Numbered from the stretch's first letter, positions 9,440-19,105 are shown. The stretch is DNA of 25,379 bases from a virus (IMGVR_UViG_3300020045_000565:1-25379); one strand, 5' to 3'. Made by a program: numbers and translations. Notes: a model not told the origin generated them from the sequence alone.

Positions 9440-10528
9440 ATGGCTATTAGTATTGAAGACCTGCTTCGCCAAATTCAGCAGGAAGACTACATGACTCCGG
9501 GCGGCGGTATCGGAGGTGGAGAAATTGAGCGTCGTAACCGTCAGGCACAGGAAGTTATTCCTGAAGGTATCGGGACTGAAGACATTGTCTCTTACGGCAT
9601 CCAGCCAAACTCTGCTCCTATTGCTCCTATCTCACCTGACGATCTTGTACCTCGTAGTCTTGGAAATCTAGGTGATGCTCAAGAAGTCCAACAGGCTAAC
9701 CGTAACACCCAAGATGGAATGCAGCATAAGGGTATGTTCGGGCTGAAGGGAACTCTTCGTGATGTTCTCGGACTGCTGGGCGACTCATTGCTTGTAGGAA
9801 GTGGTAAAGACTCTGTATACGACAAGGTACGCCAGCGTGAGGTTGAAGGCGACGCAATGGCTGGGTTCACTCGTGATCCCGCCGCCGCTGCTGAACGTAT
9901 GACAGGTGTTAACCCGGAAGTTGCGAGGCAGCTTCAAACTCTTGCGGTCAATGAACAGCTTAAGCAAGCTCAGTTGAAGTCGGCTAATGCTGCGCGTGAG
10001 AGTCAGATTGCTGATCGTCAGTTCGAGAACGTGACTAAAGCTACTAACCTCATTGCGCGAATCTTTGCATCTCCGGTTGCTAAGACGCGACCCGACCTTG
10101 CTATGAAACAAGCAGAGTCGATTGCCAATCGTATCGGCGTCCCTCTAGAGCAGTTGGGTGTAAATCCCGGGATGTCTTCTGAAGAGCGTGATATGTACTC
10201 TTCGATGGATATGTCTGTCGATAAGACTATGAACATTCCGTTCAAAGAGCGACAGCTTGATATCTCTCAGCAGAACGCTGACGCGAGTACTACGAGAGCT
10301 AATCGTCCGCCTGCTGGTAGGGCCCCACCTACGAGGTCTCTCGGACAGGTAGATGCTGAAGTGGCTGATGCTGTCCTGAGCGGTCGAGCAACTCCTTCGC
10401 AGCGTCAGTATTACGAAGAGCGTCTTAAGCGCGCCCCCAAGAAGGGAAGCTCTGGTAGGGCAACTCCTCGACCCGGTGGTGTAGCTGGACCCCCTCCCGG
10501 ATTTAAGCTAGGCCGTAAAATCAACTAA
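9440..10528 (+). CDS. DNA ejection / internal virion protein (gp20-like position)
   Basis: 362 aa, helical and Gln/Ala-rich with a Pro/Gly/basic C-terminus. Called from synteny. Confidence 0.6.
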   Translation: MAISIEDLLRQIQQEDYMTPGGGIGGGEIERRNRQAQEVIPEGIGTEDIVSYGIQPNSAPIAPISPDDLVPRSLGNLGDAQEVQQANRNTQDGMQHKGMFGLKGTLRDVLGLLGDSLLVGSGKDSVYDKVRQREVEGDAMAGFTRDPAAAAERMTGVNPEVARQLQTLAVNEQLKQAQLKSANAARESQIADRQFENVTKATNLIARIFASPVAKTRPDLAMKQAESIANRIGVPLEQLGVNPGMSSEERDMYSSMDMSVDKTMNIPFKERQLDISQQNADASTTRANRPPAGRAPPTRSLGQVDAEVADAVLSGRATPSQRQYYEERLKRAPKKGSSGRATPRPGGVAGPPPGFKLGRKIN

Positions 10529-10538
10529 AGGACTATAA

Positions 10539-13500
10539 ATGGCTAATCCCCAGACTTGGACTGATCCTTCTACAGGTGAAACGTATGAGCTAATCCCTGA
10601 TACGCCTGAAGTGAAAACTTGGACTGACCCCACGACTGGGGATACCTATGAACTTATTCCTGATGACGCTGCTCAACCTTCGTACAAGGAAGCTGATGCT
10701 AACGTAACTGGGGTTTCTCAGAATCCAATTACCAGTGTTGCAACTCTTGCGTTCAAGAACAACCCTGAAGCAGCTGCTCTTGCTCAAGGTTTGTGGAACA
10801 GTGGTGTTCGTGATCCTGAAGCTTTCAATACTGCTATTTCGCAGAAGTTTCCACAGTTTGCTGGGAAAGCTCTGTCTGTAGGAGACATCGCTAAGCTTCG
10901 TGAACGAGACGCTTGGTATAAGGCGCGAGGCGCTAAGAACCCCGGCAACTTCTTTATGACGGAAGAAACTGGTATTAAGGATCCCGAAGCCCCGACTAAC
11001 GTGTTCAGTGCTGCTCTGCAAGGTGGTAAGCGCAGTCTTGAAAACATGGCTAACTCGGCTACAGGGTTGAGCGCTCTTGTTACTGACGTTGTTGGTGCAG
11101 AAGAAACTTCTGACTATCTGCTGAACAAGTACATTGAAGACCAGAAAGCAATTCAGTTCAACAATCCTAGTGCAGTTCAAAGGGCTTCTGATATAGGTTC
11201 TATTGGTGATGCTGCTATGTACGGAGCTGACGTTCTTGGTGAACTAGTTCCTCAGATCACTTCGTCTATGGGTATGGGCCTTGCGGGTTCAGCTCTTGGT
11301 AAGAAGGCGGCTGGCCGCTTCATTGCAGACGCGACTGAAGAGCAAGTGACTAAAGCCGGTATGAAGGGGATGGCCGCTAGCACTCTTGCTAGCACGTCTT
11401 CTCAAGAAACCGGCAGCATCTATGGCGATACGTACAGAGAGACTGGGGTTAGGGCTCCGGTGTCTTCGGTTATTGCCGGCCTCGCGGCTGGTGCGTTGGA
11501 TACGATTACTCCTATTCGTGCTCTGACCCGTCTTGGTGTCCCTACTGAAGCTGTTACTGGTCGTATGGCAAGTCGCTTGGCTAAAGAAGGTATTAAAGAC
11601 TTTGCAATTGAAGGTGGTACAGAAGCTGCACAGACTTTCATTGAGGGTCTGCCTAAGGCGGTAGTCACGGGAGAGTCTCCCTTTACCGCAGAGATGCTTG
11701 ACAACGTGGTCGAAGCTTTCATTCGTGGAGGTATCGGCGGTGGAGTCGTTGGAACTGCAAGTGAGTACCTTCGCCCTACTACACAACCGGCTGCGGAACC
11801 TGCAGCTACAGACCCTAATACTGTTCCCCCTGCTGAAGAAGAGCCAAGCGTAGAAGACGATAGTCCTCTACCTTTCACAGCTCCTGACTTTCTTGAGAAG
11901 CCTGTAAAGGGTCCGTTTAAGGAAACACCCTCGTTTCTAAACACTCCCGCTCCTAAGCAGGGTAAGAAGGGACGAGCAGCTCCTGTAGAAACACCTACTG
12001 TTCCTAATCTTGCTGTTAATAAGCAGCAGGCTGCGGATCACATTAACAATGTGCTTGCTTCAGACTGGAAGAACGCTCCACGTATCACTGCTGTTGACAG
12101 CCTTGATGAGCTTCCTCCTGCTGTACGGCAGAGCATTATTGATGATGGGGCTGAAGACGCTAAGGGTGTGACGGTTGACGGAGAGGTTTATATCCTTTCC
12201 CACAACCTGAAAGACATTGACGATCTCTCAGCTGTTACCTACCACGAGGCTCTTGGTCACGCGGGTCTCGGTATGCAGTTTGGTACGCGTTTGAACGCTG
12301 TTCTCGAACAGATGTACAACACGAACCAGATGGTCAAAGACGCTGCTGACGCTTGGCTTGCTAAGAACAACACTCAATCTACCAACCCTGTTGCTCACGC
12401 TGTTGAAGAGATTCTTGCAGAGACGAGTGAAGGTGGTAAGATTGATGCCAAGATCATGGCTAAGATCAAAGCCTTCTTGAAGCAGTACGCTCGTCGTGTT
12501 CCCGGGTTGAAGAACCTTAAGTACACAGACAAGGAAGTTTTTGCTATTCTCTCGATAGCCCAGAACAAGATTGTTAAGGGTAATAAGACCTTCTTCGGTA
12601 TCAACGAAGTTAGATATAATAAAGCGGATAACGATAACCCGAAGTTGGTACGACAACCAAGACCTAAAGTTTTGGCTGATAATATTGAGCGCGAAACTAT
12701 TGTAAATCCTGAGAACACATTCAACCTTTCAGCTCTTTCAGAAAGAGAAGCTTGGGATAATGCTGATCTTCTTGCGGATGAATTCGGGCTAACACCTGAA
12801 CAAGTCAGGCAACAGATGGGTGACGATTTTCCTGAAGGTTGGGCTAAATACCCTAATGACAACAGGTACTCTAAACCCGAAGAGGGTGAAGAACGTCCTC
12901 GTGGTTTGCGTTGGGACAAGCTCGAAGGTCGTAACAACAACTACCTGAAGCCTCTGTTCAAAGAGATGCAAAAGGATATTCCTGAGAAGAATAGACAATC
13001 TTGGGAAGAGACTGAGCGGCTTGCTGAAGAGATGGGGATGAACTATGATAAGGCTAAGAAGCTTAATCGTGGTCCAGAAGTAGAAGAAGTTGAGGCCGTA
13101 CGTATGTGGGCTGTTGGTAAAGGCAACCTTCTTGAAGAGCTTGGTAAGAAGATTCAGGATGGAAGGGCTACCCCTCGTGAGAAGGATCAGTATGTTATCC
13201 ACCTGAAACAGCTTGTCGATATCTTCGATGTGTTTGCAGAGTTCTCTAGCAAGCAAGGTCGAGGTTTGAACATTCTTCGTAAGGTTTCTATCAACAACAA
13301 GAAGGCTGTTAACAATGTTAGGTATATGCTCAGCCGTAATGGTCGAGACGCTCTTGACGATGATACTAGGACTAAGCTTCTTCTTGATGCGGTAGAAGAC
13401 TTGCAGAAGAACGCAGGAGAAACTCTTAAGCGTGGACACAGCAAGGCTTACGGCTTTGTCATGAATGCTCTTAATCTTCCTCGTTCGATCATGTCCTCGT

Positions 13501-14966
13501 TGGACTTCTCTGCTCCTCTCCGTCAGGGTGTATTCCTTGTCGGAAGGAAGGAGTTCTACAAGAATCTTGGTCGTATGTTCAAAGCCTTTGGCAGCGAGCG
13601 TGTCTACCAAGAGATGATGGAAAGCATCAAGTCTCGCCCTTCATACAAGATGATGAAAGATAGCGGTCTGTACGTCAGCGACTTAGATCGTGGATTCACA
13701 ACTCGTGAAGAAGCTTTCATGTCTCAATGGGCAGAAAAGATTCCCGGTCTTGGAAAAGGCATCAGAGCATCTGAACGTGCATACTCTGGTTTCTTGAATA
13801 TGCTTCGAGCAGATACCTTTGACACTCTTGTCACTAAGTTCAAGGAAGCTAACCCTGAGTCTGAGTTTGATGAAAAGCGCCTTAGCGATTTGGCAGGCTT
13901 CATCAACAACGCTACAGGGCGTGGAAAGATGTTGCAAGACCTTGAAGCTGCGGCTCCAATGTTGAACGCTTTGTTCTTCTCGCCAAGGCTTATTGCTTCT
14001 CGTGTTAACCTTCTCAATCCCGCTTATTACATTAAGCTTGATCCGATGGTTCGTAAGGAAGCTGTTAAGTCTCTACTAGCTTTCGGAACCATTGCTGCTA
14101 CTATCGCAGGGTTGTTCGACGCTAACGACGATTGGAATGTAGAGACTGATCCTAGAAGCTCGGACTTCATGAAGCTTCGTACAGGTAATACCCGGTATGA
14201 TATTCTAGGTGGGTTCGGACAGTACATTACTCTAGGCTCGCGTCTGGCTACTAACGAAACTAAGACAACTCTTGGGGAAGTTAAAGAGCTTGGAAAACAG
14301 CTTGGAGATAAGAACCGTCTTGACGTTCTGCTTACGTTCCTTGAGAACAAGGGCAGCCCCGTCACTACGTACGTAATGGATTACCTTCGCGGTAAGAACG
14401 CCATTGGTGAACCTTTCGACCAGACTTGGAAGATTCCAGCTACGGAAGTGAACCCCTCGTTTGAACTTCGTAAGGCTGAAATCTCACGCTTTATCCCTCT
14501 CTTCCTTCAGGATGCTGTAAGCTTAATGCATGAAAAGGGAACAGCTAAGGGAGCCGCTATGGTTGCCCCCGCTGTGTTTGGGGTGGGTGTCCAGAACTAC
14601 GGAGACAACAACGGCGGTACTGCTTTGAAGGATCGTTATTCCAGTGATCCCACTGTGCAGGAAATCCAGCGTCTCGCAGGAGACAAGGAGATCGTCAGCA
14701 CTGGTGACAGAGGTGATGCCAAGAAGTACGGCCTTGATAAACTAGCCGATGAGCAAATCAAACAGTACAGAGACTATTCAGCTGAATTGATTATTGCGGC
14801 TACTAAAGAAGCTATGGTAACTGAAGAATGGCAACAGGCAACAGACGAAGAGCGTAAAGACTGGGTTAGCACTATCGGTAAAGACATGAGAGAACTAGCA
14901 CAGGAGGACCTCTTCGGGACTCCACAAGAGGAGGAAATGCCCGAGGATGAATACGATGACGAGTAG
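10539..14966 (+). CDS. Large DNA ejection protein (gp16-like position), polyvalent-protein type with a zincin-like motif
   Basis: 1475 aa with an AAAGGA RBS. Gly/Ala-rich membrane-like region with EGGTEAAQ, a HEALGH...AVEEILA metallopeptidase-like motif, and a C-terminus resembling large polyvalent protein domains (DFMKLRTG...YDILGGF, GKNAIGEP). Confidence 0.75.
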   Translation: MANPQTWTDPSTGETYELIPDTPEVKTWTDPTTGDTYELIPDDAAQPSYKEADANVTGVSQNPITSVATLAFKNNPEAAALAQGLWNSGVRDPEAFNTAISQKFPQFAGKALSVGDIAKLRERDAWYKARGAKNPGNFFMTEETGIKDPEAPTNVFSAALQGGKRSLENMANSATGLSALVTDVVGAEETSDYLLNKYIEDQKAIQFNNPSAVQRASDIGSIGDAAMYGADVLGELVPQITSSMGMGLAGSALGKKAAGRFIADATEEQVTKAGMKGMAASTLASTSSQETGSIYGDTYRETGVRAPVSSVIAGLAAGALDTITPIRALTRLGVPTEAVTGRMASRLAKEGIKDFAIEGGTEAAQTFIEGLPKAVVTGESPFTAEMLDNVVEAFIRGGIGGGVVGTASEYLRPTTQPAAEPAATDPNTVPPAEEEPSVEDDSPLPFTAPDFLEKPVKGPFKETPSFLNTPAPKQGKKGRAAPVETPTVPNLAVNKQQAADHINNVLASDWKNAPRITAVDSLDELPPAVRQSIIDDGAEDAKGVTVDGEVYILSHNLKDIDDLSAVTYHEALGHAGLGMQFGTRLNAVLEQMYNTNQMVKDAADAWLAKNNTQSTNPVAHAVEEILAETSEGGKIDAKIMAKIKAFLKQYARRVPGLKNLKYTDKEVFAILSIAQNKIVKGNKTFFGINEVRYNKADNDNPKLVRQPRPKVLADNIERETIVNPENTFNLSALSEREAWDNADLLADEFGLTPEQVRQQMGDDFPEGWAKYPNDNRYSKPEEGEERPRGLRWDKLEGRNNNYLKPLFKEMQKDIPEKNRQSWEETERLAEEMGMNYDKAKKLNRGPEVEEVEAVRMWAVGKGNLLEELGKKIQDGRATPREKDQYVIHLKQLVDIFDVFAEFSSKQGRGLNILRKVSINNKKAVNNVRYMLSRNGRDALDDDTRTKLLLDAVEDLQKNAGETLKRGHSKAYGFVMNALNLPRSIMSSLDFSAPLRQGVFLVGRKEFYKNLGRMFKAFGSERVYQEMMESIKSRPSYKMMKDSGLYVSDLDRGFTTREEAFMSQWAEKIPGLGKGIRASERAYSGFLNMLRADTFDTLVTKFKEANPESEFDEKRLSDLAGFINNATGRGKMLQDLEAAAPMLNALFFSPRLIASRVNLLNPAYYIKLDPMVRKEAVKSLLAFGTIAATIAGLFDANDDWNVETDPRSSDFMKLRTGNTRYDILGGFGQYITLGSRLATNETKTTLGEVKELGKQLGDKNRLDVLLTFLENKGSPVTTYVMDYLRGKNAIGEPFDQTWKIPATEVNPSFELRKAEISRFIPLFLQDAVSLMHEKGTAKGAAMVAPAVFGVGVQNYGDNNGGTALKDRYSSDPTVQEIQRLAGDKEIVSTGDRGDAKKYGLDKLADEQIKQYRDYSAELIIAATKEAMVTEEWQQATDEERKDWVSTIGKDMRELAQEDLFGTPQEEEMPEDEYDDE
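10554..10664 (+). repeat. Two diverged 48-nt coding repeats
   Basis: TWTDPSTGETYELIPD (10554-10601) and TWTDPTTGDTYELIPD (10617-10664) share 14/16 residues, with many synonymous differences. Confidence 0.9.
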
Positions 14967-15162
14967 TGAAATCGAACGTATTAGGGCTCTTGAAGTACAA
15001 ATGACCCACCTAATGGAAATGATGTCCAAGCAAAATGAAAAGCTTGACGAACTATTAGGTCTCAAGAATAGGGGTGTGGGGGCGTTCTGGTTAGCCAGCG
15101 CCCTCGCAGGGACAGGTATCATAGGGGTTCTTGTTTCAGTTGTTGAATGGATAAAGGGCTAA
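14956..15162 (+). CDS. Small coiled-coil protein with a C-terminal transmembrane segment (holin/antiholin-like)
   Basis: Start at MTSSEIE with GAGGA 8 nt upstream. Coiled coil followed by hydrophobic GAFWLASALAGTGIIGVLVSVV. Precedes the endolysin. Confidence 0.6.
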   Translation: MTSSEIERIRALEVQMTHLMEMMSKQNEKLDELLGLKNRGVGAFWLASALAGTGIIGVLVSVVEWIKG

Positions 15163-15164
15163 TC

Positions 15165-15860
15165 ATGATTCCCGGTATTGAACAAGCTCTAAGAGAGCTC
15201 CTAGAAGACCTACAGAAAATCCTTAATCAGATCGAGGAAGCTTCAACTGAGACTAACCAACTAAGTATTGATTACAAAGTATTCTTTGATATCGTACGGG
15301 GGACGTTGTTCTCTAATAAGTTGTCCGCCGATCAAGTTAAAGGTATGGAAGCCAAGATCAAAGCTTTTGTAGAGGAGGGGTTCCCACTATCGTGGGCTGC
15401 CTACGCTCTTGCAACTTCCTACCATGAGACAGCTCGTAGGATGGTTCCTGTACGAGAGGGGCTTAGCGCAAGCGATGCTTGGCGTAGGAAGAACCTGCGA
15501 TACTATCCTTACTACGGCAGAGGTGATGTACAGCTGACTTGGAAAGAGAACTACGAGAAGGCTGACAAGAAACTAAACCTTGGTGGTAAGCTGGTAGAAG
15601 ACCTTGACCTTGCCCTTGATCCTGATATCTCTGCGAAGATCATGGTCCTTGGTATGAAAGAGGGCTGGTTCTCAGCGGACTCTCAGGGACGCCACACACT
15701 TTCTCGGCATCTTCCTAACGAAGAAGAAACCGTAGGCAGGTTTACTAACGCCCGCAGGATTATCAATCTTATGGACAAGGCAATGCTTATTGCTTCGTAC
15801 GCGCTGAAGTTTCAGGAGGCTCTTAAGAAAGCCGGGTATCGCGGCAAAGCCGTTGTATAG
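15165..15860 (+). CDS. Endolysin, glycoside hydrolase family 19-like
   Basis: AYALATSYHET, YYGRGDVQLTWKENY and ARRIIN motifs typical of GH19-like phage lysins. Start taken at MIPG. Confidence 0.85.
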   Translation: MIPGIEQALRELLEDLQKILNQIEEASTETNQLSIDYKVFFDIVRGTLFSNKLSADQVKGMEAKIKAFVEEGFPLSWAAYALATSYHETARRMVPVREGLSASDAWRRKNLRYYPYYGRGDVQLTWKENYEKADKKLNLGGKLVEDLDLALDPDISAKIMVLGMKEGWFSADSQGRHTLSRHLPNEEETVGRFTNARRIINLMDKAMLIASYALKFQEALKKAGYRGKAVV

Positions 15861-15869
15861 GGGGAAGTA

Positions 15870-16289
15870 ATGGGTATTCCGATTATTGGTGATATCATCG
15901 GCGCTGTTAAAGACCTCGCCGGTAAAGCTATTGTAGATAAAGATAAGAAGAATGAAATTCTTTACAAGCTGCAAGAACTAGAAGACAAAGCTGACCAGAG
16001 GTTCCATGATGAACTTATGGGTCAGATTGAAGTTAACAAAGTGGAAGCTGCCCACTCTAGCATCTTTGTTGCCGGGTGGAGGGCGTCAATAGGTTGGGTA
16101 GGTTCAAGCGCCCTTGCTTACGCTTATATCGTCCAACCTTTCTTAGGAATCTTTGTAAAGACTCCCGAGATTGATTTAGACGGTCTTTACAACATCATCT
16201 TAGCGATGCTAGGTATCGGAGCTATGCGTACGTACGAGAAAGTTAAGGGTGTTGCGACTATGAGTATTGGTAAAAATACGGCCACTTAG
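15870..16289 (+). CDS. Holin (3TM / GTA-holin / DUF3154-like)
   Basis: QIEVNKVEAAHSSIFVAGWRASIGWV and AMLGIGAMRTYEKVKGV are family-type motifs, with hydrophobic segments. Confidence 0.8.
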   Translation: MGIPIIGDIIGAVKDLAGKAIVDKDKKNEILYKLQELEDKADQRFHDELMGQIEVNKVEAAHSSIFVAGWRASIGWVGSSALAYAYIVQPFLGIFVKTPEIDLDGLYNIILAMLGIGAMRTYEKVKGVATMSIGKNTAT

Positions 16290-16307
16290 AACAAATAATC
16301 TATAGAC

Positions 16308-16353
16308 ATAAAAATAGGGTCTCCTAGCAAACGCCGGGAGACCCTTTTCTTTT
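16308..16353. terminator. Bidirectional Rho-independent terminator between the convergent arms
   Basis: AGGGTCTCCT (16316-16325) pairs with GGGAGACCCT (16336-16345). A-rich tract on the left and T-rich tract on the right. Confidence 0.85.
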
Positions 16354-18286
16354 ATCCGTCTAAGACGTTACCAATTGTAACAACTTCACAACTATTTCCA
16401 ACACAAGCCAACTCTTGGCTACCGGTTGTCATGTCTTCTGTTTCATAGAACTTGAGATCATCCCAGTCAATCACTGGAAGCGGATGCTTCTCAAGCCACT
16501 CTTCGTATTGTTCCTTTGTAACTTCCTGATACGGTGCTTGCTTATATGAGCCCCCGTCATACGGTAGGAAGGATACACCAGACAACATATCGAAGTTCTT
16601 ATAAACCCAAGCAATTACATCAGGCCATTCTTCTTCTCGTACGTAGACAGTGGCCGAAGGCTTATGCTCACACCACTCTTCCTGCAAAGTCTTCCACAGT
16701 TCAAGAGACCCGATGGCAGTATCGTCATCTCGCATCTTAGAACCTTCAGGAGACTTCATCGGAAAATAGAAGACCGTAGTGCTGTCAGGCTTCGTGACAT
16801 CAGCTTCCGAGTATACGCCAGCATCCTTGAGGAACTGTGTAAGAGGGTCTTTGTTATCAGCTCGAACAGTACGAAGATAGTAAGGACTGTGCCGACTATG
16901 AAGACCAGAACCGCTATTAACAAGCTGAGACACAGTGCCACTTGGCTTAACACAAGTCGTAGCAGCTGACTGAGGAACCCCGAGCCTCTCAGCCCATTCC
17001 TTGTTCGTTGCCACAACCAAGTCGCGAACTTCATTCAGGACTTCTTTTGATACCAGCTCTGGATTATCGGCAATACCGGTGAGACTGACGCCCAGTAGTC
17101 GTTCTTCTTCGCAATTGTCTCGCCATGCTTTACGGAGGTACTTGAACTCTGTGAAAGTTGATTGGATCGTTCCAAGTATTGCCGCAATGCGAGCCTTTCT
17201 TTTGAACTCATCCACTGTATCCCCAGATCGGATAACAACTTCGGTAAGGTTGCAAAATTGCTGTGGGCGCAGGATAATCTCACTGCATGGGTTGGTCCCA
17301 AAATCAAAGGATGCATCACGCCGTCCATTTCGTCCAGCAATTGCTTGACAAGCATAGCGACTGAAGAATCCTCGCTCTCCTGATTTACTGTCATATAGTG
17401 CTTTCGCTTCTGTAAGAAACAAATCCATGTCGGGCTTGCGTCGGTTGTAGACTGCAGAGTTATTAGCCAAGGCGCGTTGGACATTGGATGACCACCAAGC
17501 TCCAGACTTAGCCGTACGCATACGATTGTCAGTCACATCAGACAGGCTGATAAGAGCTGACCGGCGCACACCACCGACGACTACAATCTCTGCAATCTTG
17601 CACATAAGATCGTGAGCTTCTAGTGAAGTGAGCTTTCGTCCGGCGGCACTAGAGACAAGACGTACGGTGAACTCAAAAAGCTCGACAAGAGGTTCAGGTC
17701 CAGACGCTCGTCCTCCAAAAGTTTTAAGCCTTGCTCCGGCAGGGCGAACAGCTGATACATCCCACTTAGGGATTTGACCAGCAATAAGTAGGGAAAATAG
17801 TTCACGAAAAGCTCGCGCCCATCCCTCTTTACTATCTCCAACTCTAACGGTGGTATCTGAATCGTTAAACTGCTCTGCGATTCGAGGGAGCTTGTCAGTG
17901 TATTGTTCCTCTACAGAAAAGCCGACGCCCGTGCCACACATAAGGATGTACATAGCTTCGTCAAAAGCTCTAGGACTGTCCACCACCAGATAAGCACAGT
18001 TATAGGCAGCAACATCACAACGGTCGAGAGCCGATCCCGCAGCCATGAGCGCCCGCATTGAAGGCATGACTTCCAAGTTGTAGATTGCATCATACAGTTC
18101 TTTCTCTTCTCCTGATGACAATCGACTGCGGTTCTTAGAGCCTGTGTTAATACGGGATGAGTAATAATTAACAAGACGATCTACGGTCTCATCCCAATTC
18201 TCTCGACGACCTAGATCGTCTCGCCACCTAGCATAACGACTCTTATAAATGAACTCTTCATAGACAGACTGAAACGGATTGGTCAA
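16352..18286 (-). CDS. nrdJ: Class II (adenosylcobalamin-dependent) ribonucleotide reductase
   Basis: 644 aa with TNPCSEI, VVVGGVRRSALI, TCVKPSGTVSQL and a C-terminal CxxxxC. TTG start with a GAGG RBS. No small-subunit gene nearby. Confidence 0.9.
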   Translation of the reverse strand: MTNPFQSVYEEFIYKSRYARWRDDLGRRENWDETVDRLVNYYSSRINTGSKNRSRLSSGEEKELYDAIYNLEVMPSMRALMAAGSALDRCDVAAYNCAYLVVDSPRAFDEAMYILMCGTGVGFSVEEQYTDKLPRIAEQFNDSDTTVRVGDSKEGWARAFRELFSLLIAGQIPKWDVSAVRPAGARLKTFGGRASGPEPLVELFEFTVRLVSSAAGRKLTSLEAHDLMCKIAEIVVVGGVRRSALISLSDVTDNRMRTAKSGAWWSSNVQRALANNSAVYNRRKPDMDLFLTEAKALYDSKSGERGFFSRYACQAIAGRNGRRDASFDFGTNPCSEIILRPQQFCNLTEVVIRSGDTVDEFKRKARIAAILGTIQSTFTEFKYLRKAWRDNCEEERLLGVSLTGIADNPELVSKEVLNEVRDLVVATNKEWAERLGVPQSAATTCVKPSGTVSQLVNSGSGLHSRHSPYYLRTVRADNKDPLTQFLKDAGVYSEADVTKPDSTTVFYFPMKSPEGSKMRDDDTAIGSLELWKTLQEEWCEHKPSATVYVREEEWPDVIAWVYKNFDMLSGVSFLPYDGGSYKQAPYQEVTKEQYEEWLEKHPLPVIDWDDLKFYETEDMTTGSQELACVGNSCEVVTIGNVLDG

Positions 18287-18287
18287 A

Positions 18288-18728
18288 TTAAAGGCCTCGC
18301 ATGTTAGGGGCTTCGTACGTAGAAGGTTTCATAAAAAGGTAAAGTTTTTCAACTTCTTCAAATGTTGCGTTATTTTTCATCGCGTTTGCTTTGTATGACA
18401 TTACTTGTATATTCCCTTTAATGTACCCTTTTGCGCTGTCAATTCTATCTAAAGAAGGGGAGTTGTCTTTGAAACCCCCTTTATTGAATACTAGTTCCAT
18501 TCCAAGTACGGGACAATGGGTTGGGATTAAAATGTCTTCTTTAGATATATCAAAATCTAAACCCTTTCGTCGAGCTCTAGATTTTGCACCTTGCAACATA
18601 TAGTGAGCGGGGTCTTCTTTCTTACGCTCTTCAAATCGAACCCGTGCTCTCTCAGAGTATTTATGGCCGTTTAGTTGGTTGTATCTTTTGTGGTATTCGC
18701 GTCTAGCTTCTGCGTCTACGTACGGCAT
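18288..18728 (-). CDS. Free-standing HNH-type homing endonuclease 1
   Basis: HCPVLG...SPSLDRIDSAKGYIKGNIQVMSYKANAMK, with a basic N-terminus. AT-rich relative to its neighbours. Confidence 0.8.
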   Translation of the reverse strand: MPYVDAEARREYHKRYNQLNGHKYSERARVRFEERKKEDPAHYMLQGAKSRARRKGLDFDISKEDILIPTHCPVLGMELVFNKGGFKDNSPSLDRIDSAKGYIKGNIQVMSYKANAMKNNATFEEVEKLYLFMKPSTYEAPNMRGL

Positions 18729-19105
18729 TACAGTCCACGCATATTCGGAGCAACGTAGTTAGGACCTTTAACAATTTTTCCGTCTTCTCGGAAGATGACC
18801 TTACCGTCAACAACCTTACTTAGGTTGCTGTTGTGTACGCGATTGAAAGAAGGCTCAGCAGGGATATTGAAGTATACAGCCGCTTGAGAGACTACGTATT
18901 GTAGGTCTGCCCACTCCTTGCAGAGGTCGGCTCGTAGGTCGTAGTTACGCATGTCCTTGACGTAAGCTTCTGCAGCGACAAAGAACTCGTTAAGTTCCTC
19001 AACGATACAAGTAGCAATAGACTCATCAATGCTGTCCGCAGTCCCATCGAAATCCTTCTTACCTGCTGCCTTACGGAACTCGTTAACCTTCTCTTCACGG
19101 GTCAT
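18728..19105 (-). CDS. MazG-like / PRA-PH family nucleoside triphosphate pyrophosphohydrolase
   Basis: IVEELNEF...KEWADLQYV...FNRVHNSNLSK...REDGKIVKGPNY. Start taken at MTREEK. Confidence 0.85.
   Translation of the reverse strand: MTREEKVNEFRKAAGKKDFDGTADSIDESIATCIVEELNEFFVAAEAYVKDMRNYDLRADLCKEWADLQYVVSQAAVYFNIPAEPSFNRVHNSNLSKVVDGKVIFREDGKIVKGPNYVAPNMRGL

Noticed and set aside
12789-13610. 273-aa antisense ORF, and the other antisense ORFs over the structural genes
   Set aside because: Shadow frames opposite strongly biased coding sequence, with no motifs or RBS.
16352-18286. Intron or intein in nrdJ
   Set aside because: The ORF is continuous, of normal length, and has no intein splice motifs.
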